A stretch of 64,000 nt of DNA from Ministeria vibrans ATCC 50519 (GCA_943704425.1 CALSCP010000904.1:86874-150873); one strand, 5' to 3'. Positions 1 to 17,555 are shown, numbered from the stretch's first letter. The notes: generated by a model from the letters alone, not told the origin. Numbers and translations are program-made.

Positions 1-36
<36 letters not shown>

Positions 37-127
37 CTCTCACTCACTCTCTCTCTCTCTCTCTCTCTCACACTCAGTCTCTCTCTCTCTCTCTCGACAG
101 AAGCGCTACTTGCCACAATAGACGTAC

Positions 128-264
128 TTTGAGTCAAAGGTGCCAAGGCCTTTGAGCGTGCGGCAAACGTCGCGCACAGTATCGGAGGCGCTACAGTAGA
201 CGACATGGAGTTTGTCACTGTGTGGGAGCGAAGCCTCAACAAAGACCACAGCGACGTCTGCCAT
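128..264 (-). CDS. First exon of an unidentified gene running off the left edge
   Basis: ATG at 264 gives MADVAVVFVEASLPHSDKLHVVYCSASDTVRDVCRTLKGLGTFDS, then a GTACGT donor and a (GA)n intron. Head-to-head with ACO2. Confidence 0.45.
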
Positions 265-424
265 GGCAAATACGCGGCGGAAGTACACGCCTGGGGGTCA
301 CTCGGCAACAGTCGCGTGAGTAGAAGAAATGTGTGAGACGTGGCTAAGTCATACTCGCGAGAGCCCATTTAATTCAAGTCTCAAGAATCATTCTTTTTCT
401 CTACCACCCACTCTCCCACGACCT

Positions 425-3898
<3,474 letters not shown>

Positions 3899-4312
3899 AG
3901 TGTTATGTTTTCTTCAGTTCTAACGAGGAGCATATCCGCCTCGTTCTATGACACGATCGATTACATAAAAAGCTCGGCATCCATCATACGGAACTATTGT
4001 TAGAAAGGAACGCAACCCAATCATTTAACGAGTGATTTAGTGAGTAACTTTGTCCCTGAGACCCCCAACTATACGGGACGCGGGAGTGGACCAAAGGCAA
4101 GTACAGAAATCACAAGTGCCATCACTATCAGTATCCAGATTCCACTGCGGTTATCGCCATGGTACGCCGTACCCTCAGTATATTAGACCAATGGTCTATT
4201 GTCTAATTTACACTTCATTTAATCATTTTTCAATTTTTCAAAATATTTCTTTTCTTCTTTTGATTTGCCTTTTGCCGACTAGACTCCGATTCTTATTCTC
4301 TCATAGGACATC

Positions 4313-4649
4313 ATGGGCGGAGGTGATCTCAACTTGAAAAAGTCGTGGCACCCCAAAACATTACACAATGTCGAAAAGGTTCGCTTTTCAAACGTTGCGG
4401 CAACGTTCGCCTACTTCTGTCTCTCTGACCCCCGCCCATGTGTGTGCTTAAACATGTCGTTTATGTAGGTGTGGAAAGCGGAGACTCGCGCTGCTGAAGA
4501 AAAGGCAAAAATTGAACAACTGCGAAAAGAGTTGGAACAAGAACGCCAAGTTGAAGAACTGCACCAGACAGCGCAGCAAGGCGGACACTCCACGTAAACA
4601 TCGCCTCTACAGCTGGGTTTTGTGTTGCTTTACATGTGGTGGTGCGGGG

Positions 4650-4692
<43 letters not shown>

Positions 4693-5963
4693 TTACGGTT
4701 CTTTCTTCTTCTTATGCTGTAGAGCTTCGTCGCGTCTGGACTGGATGTACCAAGGAGCGGCGGCACGCGCTGCTGCTGCCAGCCAGGACTATCTTCTGGG
4801 CAAAGCCTTTGACGAGACAAAGCTCGTCTCCAAGTCGGATGTGATTGAGGCATCGGGAAGCGGACCAGCCGTGCCCGGCTCGCTCTTCGTCTCAGACTCT
4901 TCTGGTCCCGTTGATGTGATGGCAAAAGTTCGTGAGGACCCAATGTTCCTCATTAAGAAGCGCGAGAAGGAATCTCTACAGTCTATCTTGGATAACCCCA
5001 TGAAAATGCGGGAGATTGGAAAGGTATAGAAACCACAAAACAAAAAAAAACAAAATTAATCACATCTCCCGCGTGCTACAGATGAGAGAGCAACTCAAGA
5101 AGAAGAAGAAGAAGAGCAAAAAGCATAAGAAACACTCGCACCGACACCACGACGACCAGAGCGACGGCTCAGCATCAGACACTGTAGTTCCTACCCCAGC
5201 TGCTCCGTCAACCGCCACCACCAGTCACGATCGCCATCGTTCACCGTCTCCCCCGCCACACCACTCGCGTCGTCGCTCGCGCTCGCCTTCTGCCTCCGCC
5301 CGACACGAGCGTGCCCACCAATCTCACGAACACTCGTCGTCTTCCTACCGGCGCCCATCCCACCGCTCTCGCTCGCCATCACCACCAAGACGTCACCGTC
5401 GCTCCTCTCGCTCTCCTCCTCCTCGCAGTCAGCCCTACCGACGTCGCTCCCCTCCTTCCCCTCAGCCGCACCTGTACCGTCGTCGTTCTCCTCCCGCTCC
5501 CCGCCATCGCTCCCGCTCACCCCCATCCTCCCGCCACTACCGACGAGCCCCGTCGCGCTCCCCGCCACCACCACCACGACAACGACGCCCCTCCTCTCCT
5601 CCTCCACCCACGTCAACCCCCTCGACGACGACTTCTACCACTACCACCGACGACAGTGCTCGTCTTGCCGAAGAGCGCGCGGCCCGTCTCGCCGCAATGC
5701 AGTCTGATGCAGTCTCACACGCAGAGGACCTTCGCAAGCGCGCCGAGCAAGATCGCACCGCTGCTCGCGCAGAGAAGGCCGCGTGCAGCCTGCAGCAGCA
5801 GCAGTTGCAGGGTTTGGGTTCTGCTGATCCGGCTTTTCTTGCTCAGGTCAAACGCGATTCGTACGACACAGGCGCTACCTCGTCACTGCAGGATCGTCTG
5901 CGTCGTAAGGTGCACTCTGTCCAGCGCACCGCTGAGAGCGACTCTAGTTTCATGCGCAAGTAA
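4313..5963 (+). CDS. CWC25: Pre-mRNA splicing factor CWC25
   Basis: Starts MGGGDLNLKKSWHP; RLDWMY, YLLGK and REDPMF motifs; long RS/P-rich tail. Confidence 0.93.
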
Positions 5964-8299
5964 GTTGCCCATTTTCTTGCTAACGTGGGTTTGTTGTACA
6001 ATTAAAACGATCAACACAAACAATCACAATCACGTATTTTGTGAGTGTGTGCATGACAGTATTGGATTGGATGGTTGATATCAAGACGGTTTGGAATCAT
6101 AATACTGGCAGTCATGCCTTCAAGTGTGGGTTCAAAGGATTCACTTTGACATATGAGCTCTATTTAACAAGAGTTAAATACAAGAACTGTGTTTTGCCCT
6201 CTTCTTTTCTTCTTTGCATTGTCTTGTTAGGTTGTCCCTCGGCATCGTTGTCGTTTTGCGCCAGCGTTGCGAAAAGAAACGCAGACAGGGCCATTACCTC
6301 GAGGACAGAAAATGCCTTGAAGGCTCTGAAGATGCACAAGACAGCAGGGAGATTCCGTAGTGATCCGGGAAGAAAACAGTGGTCATCAGAAAGACTGCAA
6401 ATGTGAGCTGAGTGAACACAAGCAGCGCAATGGGCGACGGCATTTTAAGTCGTCGAGGTCCACCACTGTCTTCACCATCAGTACCACCAGCTCCATATTG
6501 GCGCGGTCTGCTTCGTATCGAGCTGTCGTCTGCTGTTTGAAGTTCTCCAGGCGTCGCATCAATCGATAAGTCGACCAAACTCAAAGTTGCTATGGTATGA
6601 ATAGACGTGATCAGAAGGCAGTTTAGTGCTAGTGCTGCTGTTGGTGTTCTTACGAGCAGATTCTGTCACCCGTGCCTCGCTCTGACTAAGCGACTGCTCC
6701 ACCCCCGCATGGGCCGAAACGGAAATTCCGTGAGACTTGCATGTAGGCCCAGTCACCCAAGCAAGCGACTATCCCCACAGCTTATTTAAACTGGTTGACT
6801 CTTGGGCGAGCTCTGCGTGCTGCCTTCCCTGTGGTGGCCGGTACGTTACAAACGACCTGAAACATGAAGTAAAGAAACCGATATATCGTACCATTCTACC
6901 ATAGAGACCGCGCAAAACGTCGCAGTCGAGCTTCACCGCCGCACATTACCTTTTGGCAGCCCTGCAACCCCACAACAGATGGCTCGCGTCGCCGCTACTC
7001 ACGTCATAGCCACCATAACCGTGTAGCAACAGCTTGCATACTTGCAATTTGTCACTGTGTTTGTAACCACCGAGGACTGCCTTCTCACGGTCTTCTGAAA
7101 GCAGAAACGCGTCCGCTTCGATTTTGGATTTCATTATTTTCATTTTTGTGTTCAGTAATTTTTCATTCATATCTATAGGCCTGAGTCACGACGTAGCCTG
7201 GTGTTGCCAATCCACGTTAAAGCGTTAAACTACTGGTAAAGTGATCTTGAAATTTATGAAAATTCTTTCGCTCCCCTCGCCGTTGGCCTTTTCGCTCTTG
7301 CGTGGCTGAGTATGACTATCTAGCACACGCGTTAATCATTTCGATGGGTCAAGGACCGTCTCTCGCTGACTCGTTTTCGCACGGGTGACTTTTTCCTGTC
7401 ACCAAAAAAAAAAAAAAAAAAAAAAAGATTGCGTCACTCGAACTTTTCGCTCTCTTTTTGCTCGCTAACCTTCAGTATATGTTGTCCTTTGAGGGCTGGC
7501 GACCGTGAATGGCTATCATTCGTTCTTCGCTGCCCAGTTTTGAGTCTTGTTAAATTTCCTTTGCCGTCCCATGGTCAAGTGAACTTGCACGGCCGCAAGT
7601 CTGCACAGCATATTCTTTTTAGCGCTCCTGGACGTATCTGCAGCTGAACTGTTAATCGTTTTAACTGTTAATCGTTTTACGACGTTTGGAGAAGTTCAAA
7701 CGAATTCATACGAATATGGAAGAACAAGAGAAATGCAACATTTGTTACTGATACAGTCGCCTCGCGAAGCCCAGCACATTCATTCGAATACACACGTCGA
7801 GATGGAGAACATTTTGTCGGACACCTTTTCTTTTCTTCTCCCACACCACGCATTAATAATTATTTCATTAATTTATTTATTCCTAGATTTTTTTGTTTGA
7901 AAAAGCTATGGCCGAGAGCAGCGAAACTTTGTGTTTCACGACGACACAGGTAACGAAAGGAAGGCACCCTTGGGAACTGCGAGTGATTAACAAGTATTTT
8001 AGGGGGTTGTGAAAGACATTCAGGAGCGCAACGACACGACTCGCACAGTGAGAGTTCGCCTGCTTGAGCAAACAGGCCGAGAACGCGAGCTGCGTATCTA
8101 CGATCACACACCACTCATAGAACAGCTAAACTATCGAAAGATGACCCCGCCTTCCCACGTATACGGAAGTGACCGTTACGACAAAATCCGGTCAGGAGTT
8201 GTGCGGGCATGTGCCAGAGGCCAGCTGATCACTCTACAATGTTCCAACAACGTAATAACATCTGTCTTGTAATACAAAACACAAAGTAAACACGTTTCT

Positions 8300-10117
8300 T
8301 TAACGGTAACGGCCTTGCTCCAAGTCCATCACGATCATCATGCGTTTGAAGAACGCGTGCAAGTGGCGAATCTCCGGATCAGATGCAACCTTTGGGTTGG
8401 GGTTGCTCGAGTTGCTCTGCTCTGAACCGCCAGGATCCTCACCTGATTGACTTTCTTCTACGATGATGATTTAGAGTAAAAAGTCACATAATACCTCCCG
8501 AAATAACCTTGGAATTCCGAATCCGAAGGATCCAACGACATGAAGACGACAAGTTTGGCAAAGGTCGCTTCAGTAGTGAGTTCTCCTGAAGTCGAAAGAC
8601 TGTCGTGCAGCGCCTAAAAGGTATGGTTCAAAGCAATTATGAGAAGAATAATAATACAACCCAAACAATTAGGAGAAGAAGAACAATACATACAACCCAT
8701 ATAGTTATACGAAGGAACAGAGCTTAAATTTGTAAGGGTTACCGGAACACCAGCGCTGTACTTGTCTTTCATGCTTTTACCAGCCAAACACTCAGTAGTC
8801 ACCGCCGCGACACCACCGCTGTTCAGAAACTCTCGAAGAGGGGTGACGAACCTCTCGCGATGACCAGGTTCGTCGAGATCGCAGGGGCCATTGCCAACAC
8901 CAAAACACTCCAGCACTACACCGGAAAAGGCGGACAGAGTGACAGGACGGAGATCAATTCCAGGGTATAGCTTGATAATTCCGACTGGCCTACAGGAAAG
9001 GTTGTGCTTAGCAGCAGATATTATAAAATTTGAAACAAAAGTAAAAATAATGCCAATAATAATAATGGTAATAATACTATACTTCGCATTGACGCCAAGA
9101 GGAGCGGAGAGACGCCACTTGGACGGGACGTCTGTAGGGTCATTCGCATTTGACGAGGGATCAACGCCACCGTCAACGTCCAGTTTGCCATCAATCATCT
9201 CACCAAGTAAGGGCTTGCGAGGTGAGCCAAAGGCATGACGTCGCACTGAGTCCACTTTGACAACAGCATTTCCCACCACTATATATACACAAGGGTCATG
9301 TAATTTTCCGGATCCAAAAAGTCTCTTACTCAATTTGTCGTTGAAAAACACGGAGACAGTCTTCACACCCTTTCGAACCGCTGCAAACGCCCCCAAGAAG
9401 TTGGCAATCGCGTCCGTCCCTGCGGTGAAAATGGGAATCTGAGCCCCGGTCACAACAACGGGTTTGCTCGTGAAGCGCAGCATGTATTTGAGAGCTGCTG
9501 CCGTGTGCGCGAGTGTGTCTGTTCCGTGAATGATAATGAACCCATCGTAGTCCTGATACAGATCCTTGATCTTGCTGCCAATCTTGCGCCACTCGGCAGG
9601 AGTCATACCCGATGAGTCAATGCGAACGAACTGACGTGCTGTATGAAAGAAATTTCAAGATCAGCTTCAGATTAACAAGCCAAGAGAACAAAGCACCACA
9701 CACAGTGCTAAAGCAAGACTGCATAACTCAAACAACTCTTACCGTCGTCATCGTCAGCGATGTACTGCATCTCGACCGTCCATTTACTTGTATCTTTCAC
9801 CAGCGCTTCAAGCTTCGTTTCCACTTTACCGCGCTCGGCTACTTGTAGCGGACCGTCACCAGTAGCCTCCATTCCAAAAGTTCCCCCTGTGTCAATGACC
9901 GCGAGTTTGCCCGTTTCCTTTTCCTCCTGCAAAATAATCATGACTCTGCAAATAGATAGGTATCTTGTTCTGTCGAACCAGCGGGTCATTTTCAACTCTG
10001 TTGGATGAGTCTTCCCTACGTCGAGTAACATTATGTTCTTTTTCTCCCTCCTTCAAATTGTCATTATGATTACTTCGGTTGCTGGGCAGATGTGGCGCCG
10101 GACGAAGCGACAGACAT
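8300..10117 (-). CDS. Type I (cytosolic, AnsA-like) L-asparaginase, multi-exon; start approximate
   Basis: TGGTFGM, IDSSGMTP, HGTDTLAH, VVVTGAQIP, KLYPGI, FGVGNGP. Last exon ends GRYR-TAA at 8300. Confidence 0.88.
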
Positions 10118-10689
10118 GACGAATCTGCAATTTGACAGAGAGCACGGGATAATGTAAAACAACATAATACATTTACGCGAGGAAGCGGAGACATTTGACA
10201 TGATTCATATGAAGGAACGGTGGGACAATGACAGATGAGAGAGAAGTCTGCCTAAGGTACAGTTGGAAGAGGCATCGTATCAGGCCATTGGCGTAAGATC
10301 AATCGACGCTCGTATAGCTTAGAAAGCGGTTCGCGAACGAAGCGAACTTCGTTTCGTCAAAAAAGACGCGAGAGTGGCTCTCACATTAAATCGCCGCCCT
10401 CTGCCATCACATATTCTTCATCAACACGCTAGATGCATTATACATCCAACGTTGGGCCTGAGAGAAACGCCTCTATTTGCAGGAGATAGCAACGTTTCGC
10501 GTTGATGAACATAAAACTGCACACAGAACCCGTACACGTACACGTACTCTTCGGCCGAGTGTTTGCAAGAGGCGACACACTGAGAACTTAGAAAAGGAGT
10601 GAGAGAGTGAGTGATCAGACTGAGTGTTCATAAAAGTATTTGGCGTAATGGTAGCCATGGACGCGGTTGGTGGGCGCTGCAGAGTGTTT

Positions 10690-11020
10690 TTCGAGGTGGA
10701 GAGAGGAGGCGTGTTGCTTTCGTCAAAAGTGAACGATATGACGGCCTTTCGAGGAGTGGAGGTAGCCTCCATAGAAGCTATTGCAGTTTTGGTGAGTGAT
10801 TGACACAGAAAATACAACTCATCTGTATGTGTAGTGAGGTTCAGGGCGCGGACAAAGGCTTTGTGATTATTCGGCACAGACGCCCATAGATCATAGTCCC
10901 TGTTGACACCACTGCCATTCATCACTGGCACCTGTTTGTAAATTGTAGCCGGAACGCCTAGTGTGTTGGTGCCCTCCCCGACTGATGCCACGCCCTCGTC
11001 CAGCCCTGTGCTGAGTGTGC
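10690..11020 (-). pseudogene. Orphan coding-like fragment, possibly of the phosphoesterase (AcpA/PLC-like) family
   Basis: Open frame with no ATG or clear flanking exons. KAVISFTFDES resembles the xxxITFDE motif. Confidence 0.25.
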
Positions 11021-11158
11021 TCCCACAACTTTAGCTCGCTTTCCGCTCTGCTTGACGTTTCTCTCTCTCTCTCTCTATCAATTTTTTTCTCTCTCTCTCT
11101 ATCAATTTGTTCATCTCTCTCTCAATTTGTTTATCTCTCTCTCTATCAATCTCTATAA

Positions 11159-11257
<99 letters not shown>

Positions 11258-11398
11258 TCTCTCCCTCTCGTTGAGATCCAAATATGTAGAGTCCTTTTTG
11301 AAATTCAAAAAATCTATCCTGAGCCCAGCCTTCTAGATAGTTTGGCGATGCACATTAAAAATCATTGGCAAGAATTTAAAATATTTGAACTACAATTA

Positions 11399-11521
11399 TA
11401 ATTATTATTATGTCAATGATGCAAGAAGACGTATGAGAGTAATTATTATTATGTCAATGACGCAAGAAGACGTATGAGAGTAATTATTATTATGTCAGTG
11501 ACGCAAGAAGACGTATGAGAG
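11399..11521. repeat. Three tandem copies of a 41-bp unit
   Basis: TAATTATTATTATGTCAATGACGCAAGAAGACGTATGAGAG x3, with single substitutions in copies 1 and 3. Confidence 0.95.
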
Positions 11522-11653
11522 ACACTGACAATGTAGAAAAAGCAAAGTACAGGTATGGTGTATGTACAGACAAACAGAGAATGGTGTGAAAGATAGAGTG
11601 TTCAAACATTCTATAGCGGTTTAGCGGCGCTTCTTTGAATAGTCAAGACGACC

Positions 11654-12912
11654 CTACACAAAAACAAAAATCAAGTTGATCTTCAATTTTAGGGGGGAAG
11701 GGAGAGAAGGTTTTACCATCTGAAGTGAAATAGGCACATGGTGAAAGGACGGGTCGGACTGGGCGGAGGAGGAGAGAAGAGAGGAGCGATGGGGAATGGG
11801 GAAGCGCGAACGCAGTGCAATGTTGACGAGCAGCAGACACACAAAGAGGAGTGTCAAGAAGACCATTGTTTTGTATGTGATGGGCTCCACAAAGCTGTTG
11901 AGAATCCCTGCAAAGGTCTCTGCTGAAATTCGTGCCCTGATTGATTACGAGAAGAAACCGATAATAATAAACATTATTGAGAAGGAGATCCGGAACAAGA
12001 AAGTGTGCGTGTGTTTGTGTGTTACCGTCCGACTTGGAAGGCGTCGCGGGTCATGCACGTCTCCCACTCGGCACAGAGTGCCTGCATGGCGGGTAGGCGC
12101 GTGGACGGTTCACAGAGATTTTCAGTGTATTTACGTGCACATAGGGCGATTTCTTGGAGGGCCTCTGCAATGAGATGAGATACAAATTTAGTATCTTGCA
12201 TGCTAGCGTGAAGGCGGCGATCAGCGTACCGCCGCGATAGTGATCGACTTTGAGCTCAATGTCGTGGTTTATGGTGACAAGCAGACTGTAAAGCACGTAG
12301 AGAATGACGCCCACAAAGATAGCATTGAGGAACAGTTGAAGGTAGCTACGCAAGAGTGTTGTTGTGTGACTGTGCACTCCTCCAAGTCGCGTTTTTTTGT
12401 GTGTGTGTTTTTCGTACCTTGAGATGATTTGAGGAAGGTACAAGTGGTGTGATCCACTGGCAGACGTACGCCGCCGTCGTCTGCGCGAGCGTACGCTGCT
12501 GGCGACGCTTGCATCGCTCTCGTTTGACGACGACGACGAATGAGTCGATCGTTTGCTCTTGTCCTACAGAGAGAGAGTGTGTGTGTGCATTTGGGGGGGC
12601 GTGAGTCCGTGTCTTGTTATTGGAATGAATTGGTGGGGTGGTTCAATGGCATGTGAGCGCAAAGAGAGAGACGAGGGAGTGCAAATTGGAGCGTGGGGTG
12701 GGAAAAAGATGAGATTGATCCATTCGAACCTGTTTTGGTCGTGACAGAGTCGATTTTGGACTGAAGTGATCATTAGTGGCGCAAGGGGTCGAGTGAGACC
12801 GAGTGGGAGTCATAGAGGCGGCGCCGCTTGGCCACAGCAGCTCGCTTTGCGATGGGTGCTCGTCATCAATTTCCATTGGCGATGCGCCCGTCTCATGCCT
12901 TGAGCGGAACAT
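11654..12912 (-). CDS. BRL1: Brl1/Brr6-family nuclear envelope protein
   Basis: TM segment YLQLFLNAIFVGVILYVL; four-Cys lumenal domain EIALCARKYTENLCEPSTRLPAMQALCREWETCM; ARISAETFAGILNSFVEPITYKT; second TM. Confidence 0.88.
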
Positions 12913-13061
12913 GGTCGCTGTCACACAGTGTGTGTGTGTGTGTGTATGTATGTATATATGTATGTCGGTGTCGGTGTAGACGACTACAGATGCCGAAAAC
13001 AAAAAAAAAATAAAATAATTTGACTGGAAGAAAAGACGCGCACTGCATTGAATAGACAGAA

Positions 13062-15642
13062 TTACAAGAGTGGCTTGGACTTGTCGACAGTAATGGTTTT
13101 CTTGAGTTTTCCCTTGGCAAAGCCCTGAATGGAGCCGAGAAGGGCACCGCGAGCAGCTACACACATGAAGTACATTATTGTTGAGTTTGATATGAATGGG
13201 CATTACTCTTTTGGTGCTTCTTACGCGCTTTGACTTCGGCAGGGATGTTGGCGGGTGGCGGTGGGGGCGCAGAAGGAGCGGGAGGGGCAGTGGGAGGCGG
13301 AGGAGGGGCAGCCGGGGCAACGGCAGCGGGTGCAGATGCGCGCTTTGCAGGTGCACTACTGGCAGGCTGTGCGGGCGCAGGCGGAGGTGCAGTAGTGGCG
13401 GTAGTAGTAGTGGTAGTCGTGGAAGTAGTGGTGGTTACGGCAGCCGAGGCACGACGCACACTCATGGTTGCCTTGTTCTCTTCAATCGTCAGCGGCTCGA
13501 CGTCGTCCAAGAAGGACCGCTTCTGCTGAGTCTACACAAACAAAAAGAAACCAGCATGAGAACATGTATATGCTCCCATCATCCGCCACTTCTCGTACCT
13601 GAGCAGCGGATGCGGCTGCCCTGAGGTGCCCCGTTGCGTCCTCTTCAGCCTGACGGCGCAGGTACTTGGTGTACTTATACGCCGTCTTTTGTACTTCCAG
13701 CATGCGTGCCTCGTAGCGCGTGCGGATCACGTCCAGAGCAGTGCGCGTGCGCTCCTTCACCTTGAACGACGCCTAACACACAAATAAAGAAAAGAAGGGT
13801 GTGAGAGAAGAAATAGGACTCAAGTAACAAGACGTACACCCGCAACAATGCACTCGATTTCGCCAAAGAAGGGATTTGCAAGAAGGTCATCGACAGACGG
13901 AAGACCCCGCTTGATTCCCTCGCGCGTCACCAGAGACGTCAAAATGTCCTAAGGAACAAATTAAAAGTGAGTGAGTATGTGTGAATGTGAAGTGTCCCTG
14001 CGCGTTTGTCGCCTATCATACTCTGAGCGGGTCGGACATTTTCTTTGTCGGCTCGACAGAATCGACCGCACTGACAAGCAACTCGACGCCATAGGCCATC
14101 TCATAGAGGACACGCCCAAAGCCATAAATGTCCTCCTGGCGACACCCGCGCACGCGCCGCTCATACTGCAGAAACGTTTTGTGCCGCGACGGAACCCCCA
14201 GAAGTGTGTTCTCCAGGTCGGTCAGTCTACACGTACACACACGCAGAGACAGAAACAGAGAGAAAGAGAGAGGAGAGGGGAAGAAACAAAGTGATAGAGA
14301 GAGAAAAACAAAGTGATAGAGAGAGAAAAACAAAGAAATAGAGAGAGAGAGAAACAAAGTGATAGAGAGAGAAAAACAAAGAAATAGAGAGAGAGAAACA
14401 AAGTGATAGAGAGAGACAAGTCAGTGAGCCGCACTCTCGATTGACCCTTAAAGATGTACTTGCAGACTCCGTCGACAATGAGCACATTGCCCGAGTGCAG
14501 ATGCCCATACGGGAACCCACTTCCCGCAAGATACTTTAGTCCCTATCGCGCACCAAAAGGTTAGCTGCGTCTTTTTCTTTCTTCGCTTCGTACTTCGAGA
14601 ATCTCGCGACCGTATTTTCTGATTTTCGTCTCGTCAAGAGGCTTTCCCTTGCCACTGTAGTACTTGCGGAAAAACTGGTTCTTGGGCTTGCAGCGATAGA
14701 TGGCGTCCTTGAGCGAGCCCGGCGAATTCCACTTGCGAATGATGGCCCCGCATCCCGCATGGTACCCCACCAGCTCGACGGGGTAGATGTGCGGGTGCTG
14801 CGACGGAGAAATCGAGGTAAAGCCGTGAGTGAGCGAATGAATCCAAAATATGCTCAACCCCTCCAGTAGGTTCGTCATTCGCCCTCTCTCATCGTAATTT
14901 TTCCCTCTCTCGATCACTTTGAACTTTCTCCCTCACACTTTGTGTTCTTTCTCCCTCTCCCTCCATCACATTGTTCTTTTTCCCCTCTCCCACTCTCTTA
15001 ATCACCCCCGTTTGTTTCTTTCTCCTTCTTTTCTCTCCATCTCTTCCTCTGTTGCTTACCACCATCTTTTTAAGCGTGTTCTTCATGGCCCCGGCAATAT
15101 CGTCCTCGAGCAACTGACAGTCGCATCCACGCGCAACCCACGAAATCACATTCTGATCGGCCAACTCGAAAAAATGCTTCTGTATCCGCCACCCTATGAA
15201 CAATAGAAGATAGCAACGCATAAGTTTTAGAATTGGCCGCTCACAACAGAAAACAGTATACCCATGACGTCGAGGAGACTGACAATCTGCCACTGCGGCT
15301 GAGAGCGGAAGAACATGGCGGCGTTTCGTCTTGCTTGCGCTGTGCATTGATGAGGAAAGTGTTCCATGAGTTGCCCACTGGTCTCGAGATGTACCTTCAA
15401 AGTCAAACTGGTAGTCACGGTCGCCGGTAAAGGTGCGAAAAGTTATCAATCTGGAGATGATCGGATGAACAACAATCGCATCAAAGTACGCCTAGAAAAA
15501 CGACGAGAAATGTTTGTGACGAGCGATTCCGGTACATGACTCAAACCTGCAAGTCCATCTGTCGCTTGTGGACAAATTCTCGGTCTCTGTTTCCAAAGAC
15601 GCGCTTTGGCGGGAGCGGCAGCTCAAAGTACGGACACATTGC
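13062..15642 (-). CDS. PXK: PX domain-containing kinase-like protein, body (second half of PX, pseudokinase, Pro-rich region, WH2)
   Basis: LPLPPKRVFGNRDREFVHKRQMDLQ (PX); GSLKDAIY, YGHLHSGNV, DLENTLLG; C-terminal WH2 RGALLGSIQGFAKGKLKKTITVDKSKP. Confidence 0.9.
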
Positions 15643-15790
15643 CTAGAGAGCAAATGCACAATCGGTGAGTAAGCGAGTGAGTGAGTGTGTGTGTGTATCT
15701 TTCTCATCTCTCCTCTCTCAAACTATATACATATCTCTCTCAAACTATCTCTCTCTCTCAAACCCTCTCTATCTATCTATCTATCTATCT

Positions 15791-15843
<53 letters not shown>

Positions 15844-15853
15844 NNNNNNNNNN

Positions 15854-15958
<105 letters not shown>

Positions 15959-16000
15959 CTCTGTCGATATCTCTTGCTCCGTCTTGGTTGTTGATCTTAC

Positions 16001-17012
16001 GCAAGTTTAACGAGCGACTGCTGTGAGAAGATGGCGTTGAATTTGACGAGGGTGTTGAGGACACACCAGAGATTGGCAACTTTGTCTTCGAAGAGACCAC
16101 GCGAGAAGGGAAAGAGACGAGCGAGGAGATGGGGAAGACGGTCTGGGGTGAGAAAGGGCCACCAGCAGAGGGCAAAAGTGACGAGAACGGCCGTGGCAAT
16201 GCGGGCGAGATGGGCGAGCGCGCGGGGCCAGGTGGGCTGTCGGAGGGACGAGCCGAGGAGATGGAAGAAGAAGGGCAGTGCGTAGTAGAGACTCATTTGC
16301 TTGTAGTTGAGCGAGAGCGAGAAGAGAACGGATGCGGTCGCATGTGCGTCGCTTAGGAGCGCCGTGACGGCCAGCAGGGCAAGGCCCAGACTGATGTTGT
16401 TGTACTGGAAGTGGCCATGGTCGATGAGGACGAGCGAAGGCTGCAGCAGCAACAGAACGGCGCCAATGAAGCGCCATTGCCAGGTGTGTGCGGCACGCAG
16501 CTCGCGGATTCCAAAGAAGAAGAGAATGACGGCGGGAAAGAAGAGCAGGAGGTCGGCAGCGATGACGGTGGCGCGCATGTACAGGCGCAGCGACTGCGTC
16601 TCGCACCCGCGCGACGAGTGCAGCGCAAACCACTCGGGCGCACGACACACCGCCGCGCCGACAAGGCCGCACAGCCTGGCGTGGTATGCAGTCAAGGGCG
16701 GGTAGTCGAGGCCCCAGTAGAGCAGGTCGTTGTCCGTTGTGTTGCGATACCAATCCTACAAGCAAAGAATGTCTGCAGTCAGCGTTGCGCGCTTGTTGTC
16801 GTCTTTCGGCGCACCTCCACCGGCAAATGCATGGTGATTTCCATCCAGTGCCGCTGTGCCTCAAAGTCCCCGTGCATCGGGGGCGCCCCCAGGCCCGAAT
16901 GGGGTCCATGGGAGACAATGCTGCGCACAAACAGCGCAAAGAGAAGGGCAAAGCAGACCATGACAAGGCGCAGGGGCTGCTGCTGCGCCGTCGAGAGCAA
17001 GACCTGATCCAT
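16001..17012 (-). CDS. ALG6: Dol-P-Glc:Man9GlcNAc2-PP-Dol alpha-1,3-glucosyltransferase, 5' half only
   Basis: [65 protein letters not shown]. Ends at a GTAAG donor that runs into (GA)n and the 10-N gap. Confidence 0.93.
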
Positions 17013-17098
17013 CGCACGGCCAAGGCTGGGGATCGTGGCGAGGCTCAGGCGGACGTATAATAATAATGAATATTATTATTATTATTATTATTATTATT

Positions 17099-17176
17099 AG
17101 GCGGTCTGGCTGTGTCTTCGCGTGGTGACTGTATCATTAATAAATGGGTTGCATTCTTCTTCTTCTTATTATTATT
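17099..17176 (+). mobile_element. 5'-truncated non-LTR retroposon 3' end
   Basis: AGGCGGTCTGGCTGTGTC...ACTGTATCATTAATAAATGGGTTGCATTC(TTC)n. Matches copies at 21037 and 61580; inserted in a (TTA)n tract. Confidence 0.7.
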
Positions 17177-17212
17177 AATTCTATTCAGTAAAGTAATGTA
17201 AAGTGTGTACAA

Positions 17213-17520
17213 TCAGGCGGAGGCAATGGCATTGCGCGCCAGCTGGAAGGCGCCCACTAGAGCCCCGAGCTGCAGCTGCTCTGTGGCACCCTTGGACAGC
17301 GCATACTCGGTCGTGGCCATCTGGTCAAGCAGGTCAATGCGGACTGCGCCCGGCAGCTCAAGATCAAGTGAAAACAAATGCACTTCGCGCAAAATGTCCT
17401 CGAGCGCAAGACCCTGTTGGGAGTGGGAGGGATGTGAGTGGAAAGCAGAGTGCGTGGGATGGAGCGAACCTTCATGGATTTGAGCTCAGAGACAACTTCA
17501 AACAAAAAAAAAGAAACAAT

Positions 17521-17555
<35 letters not shown>

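Noticed and set aside
4053-4064. TCCCTGAGACCC, matching the 5' part of miR-125/lin-4
   Set aside because: Only a 12-nt match with no pre-miRNA hairpin; consistent with chance.
11399-11521. CRISPR-like array
   Set aside because: Contiguous 41-bp units with no unique spacers, in a eukaryotic genome.
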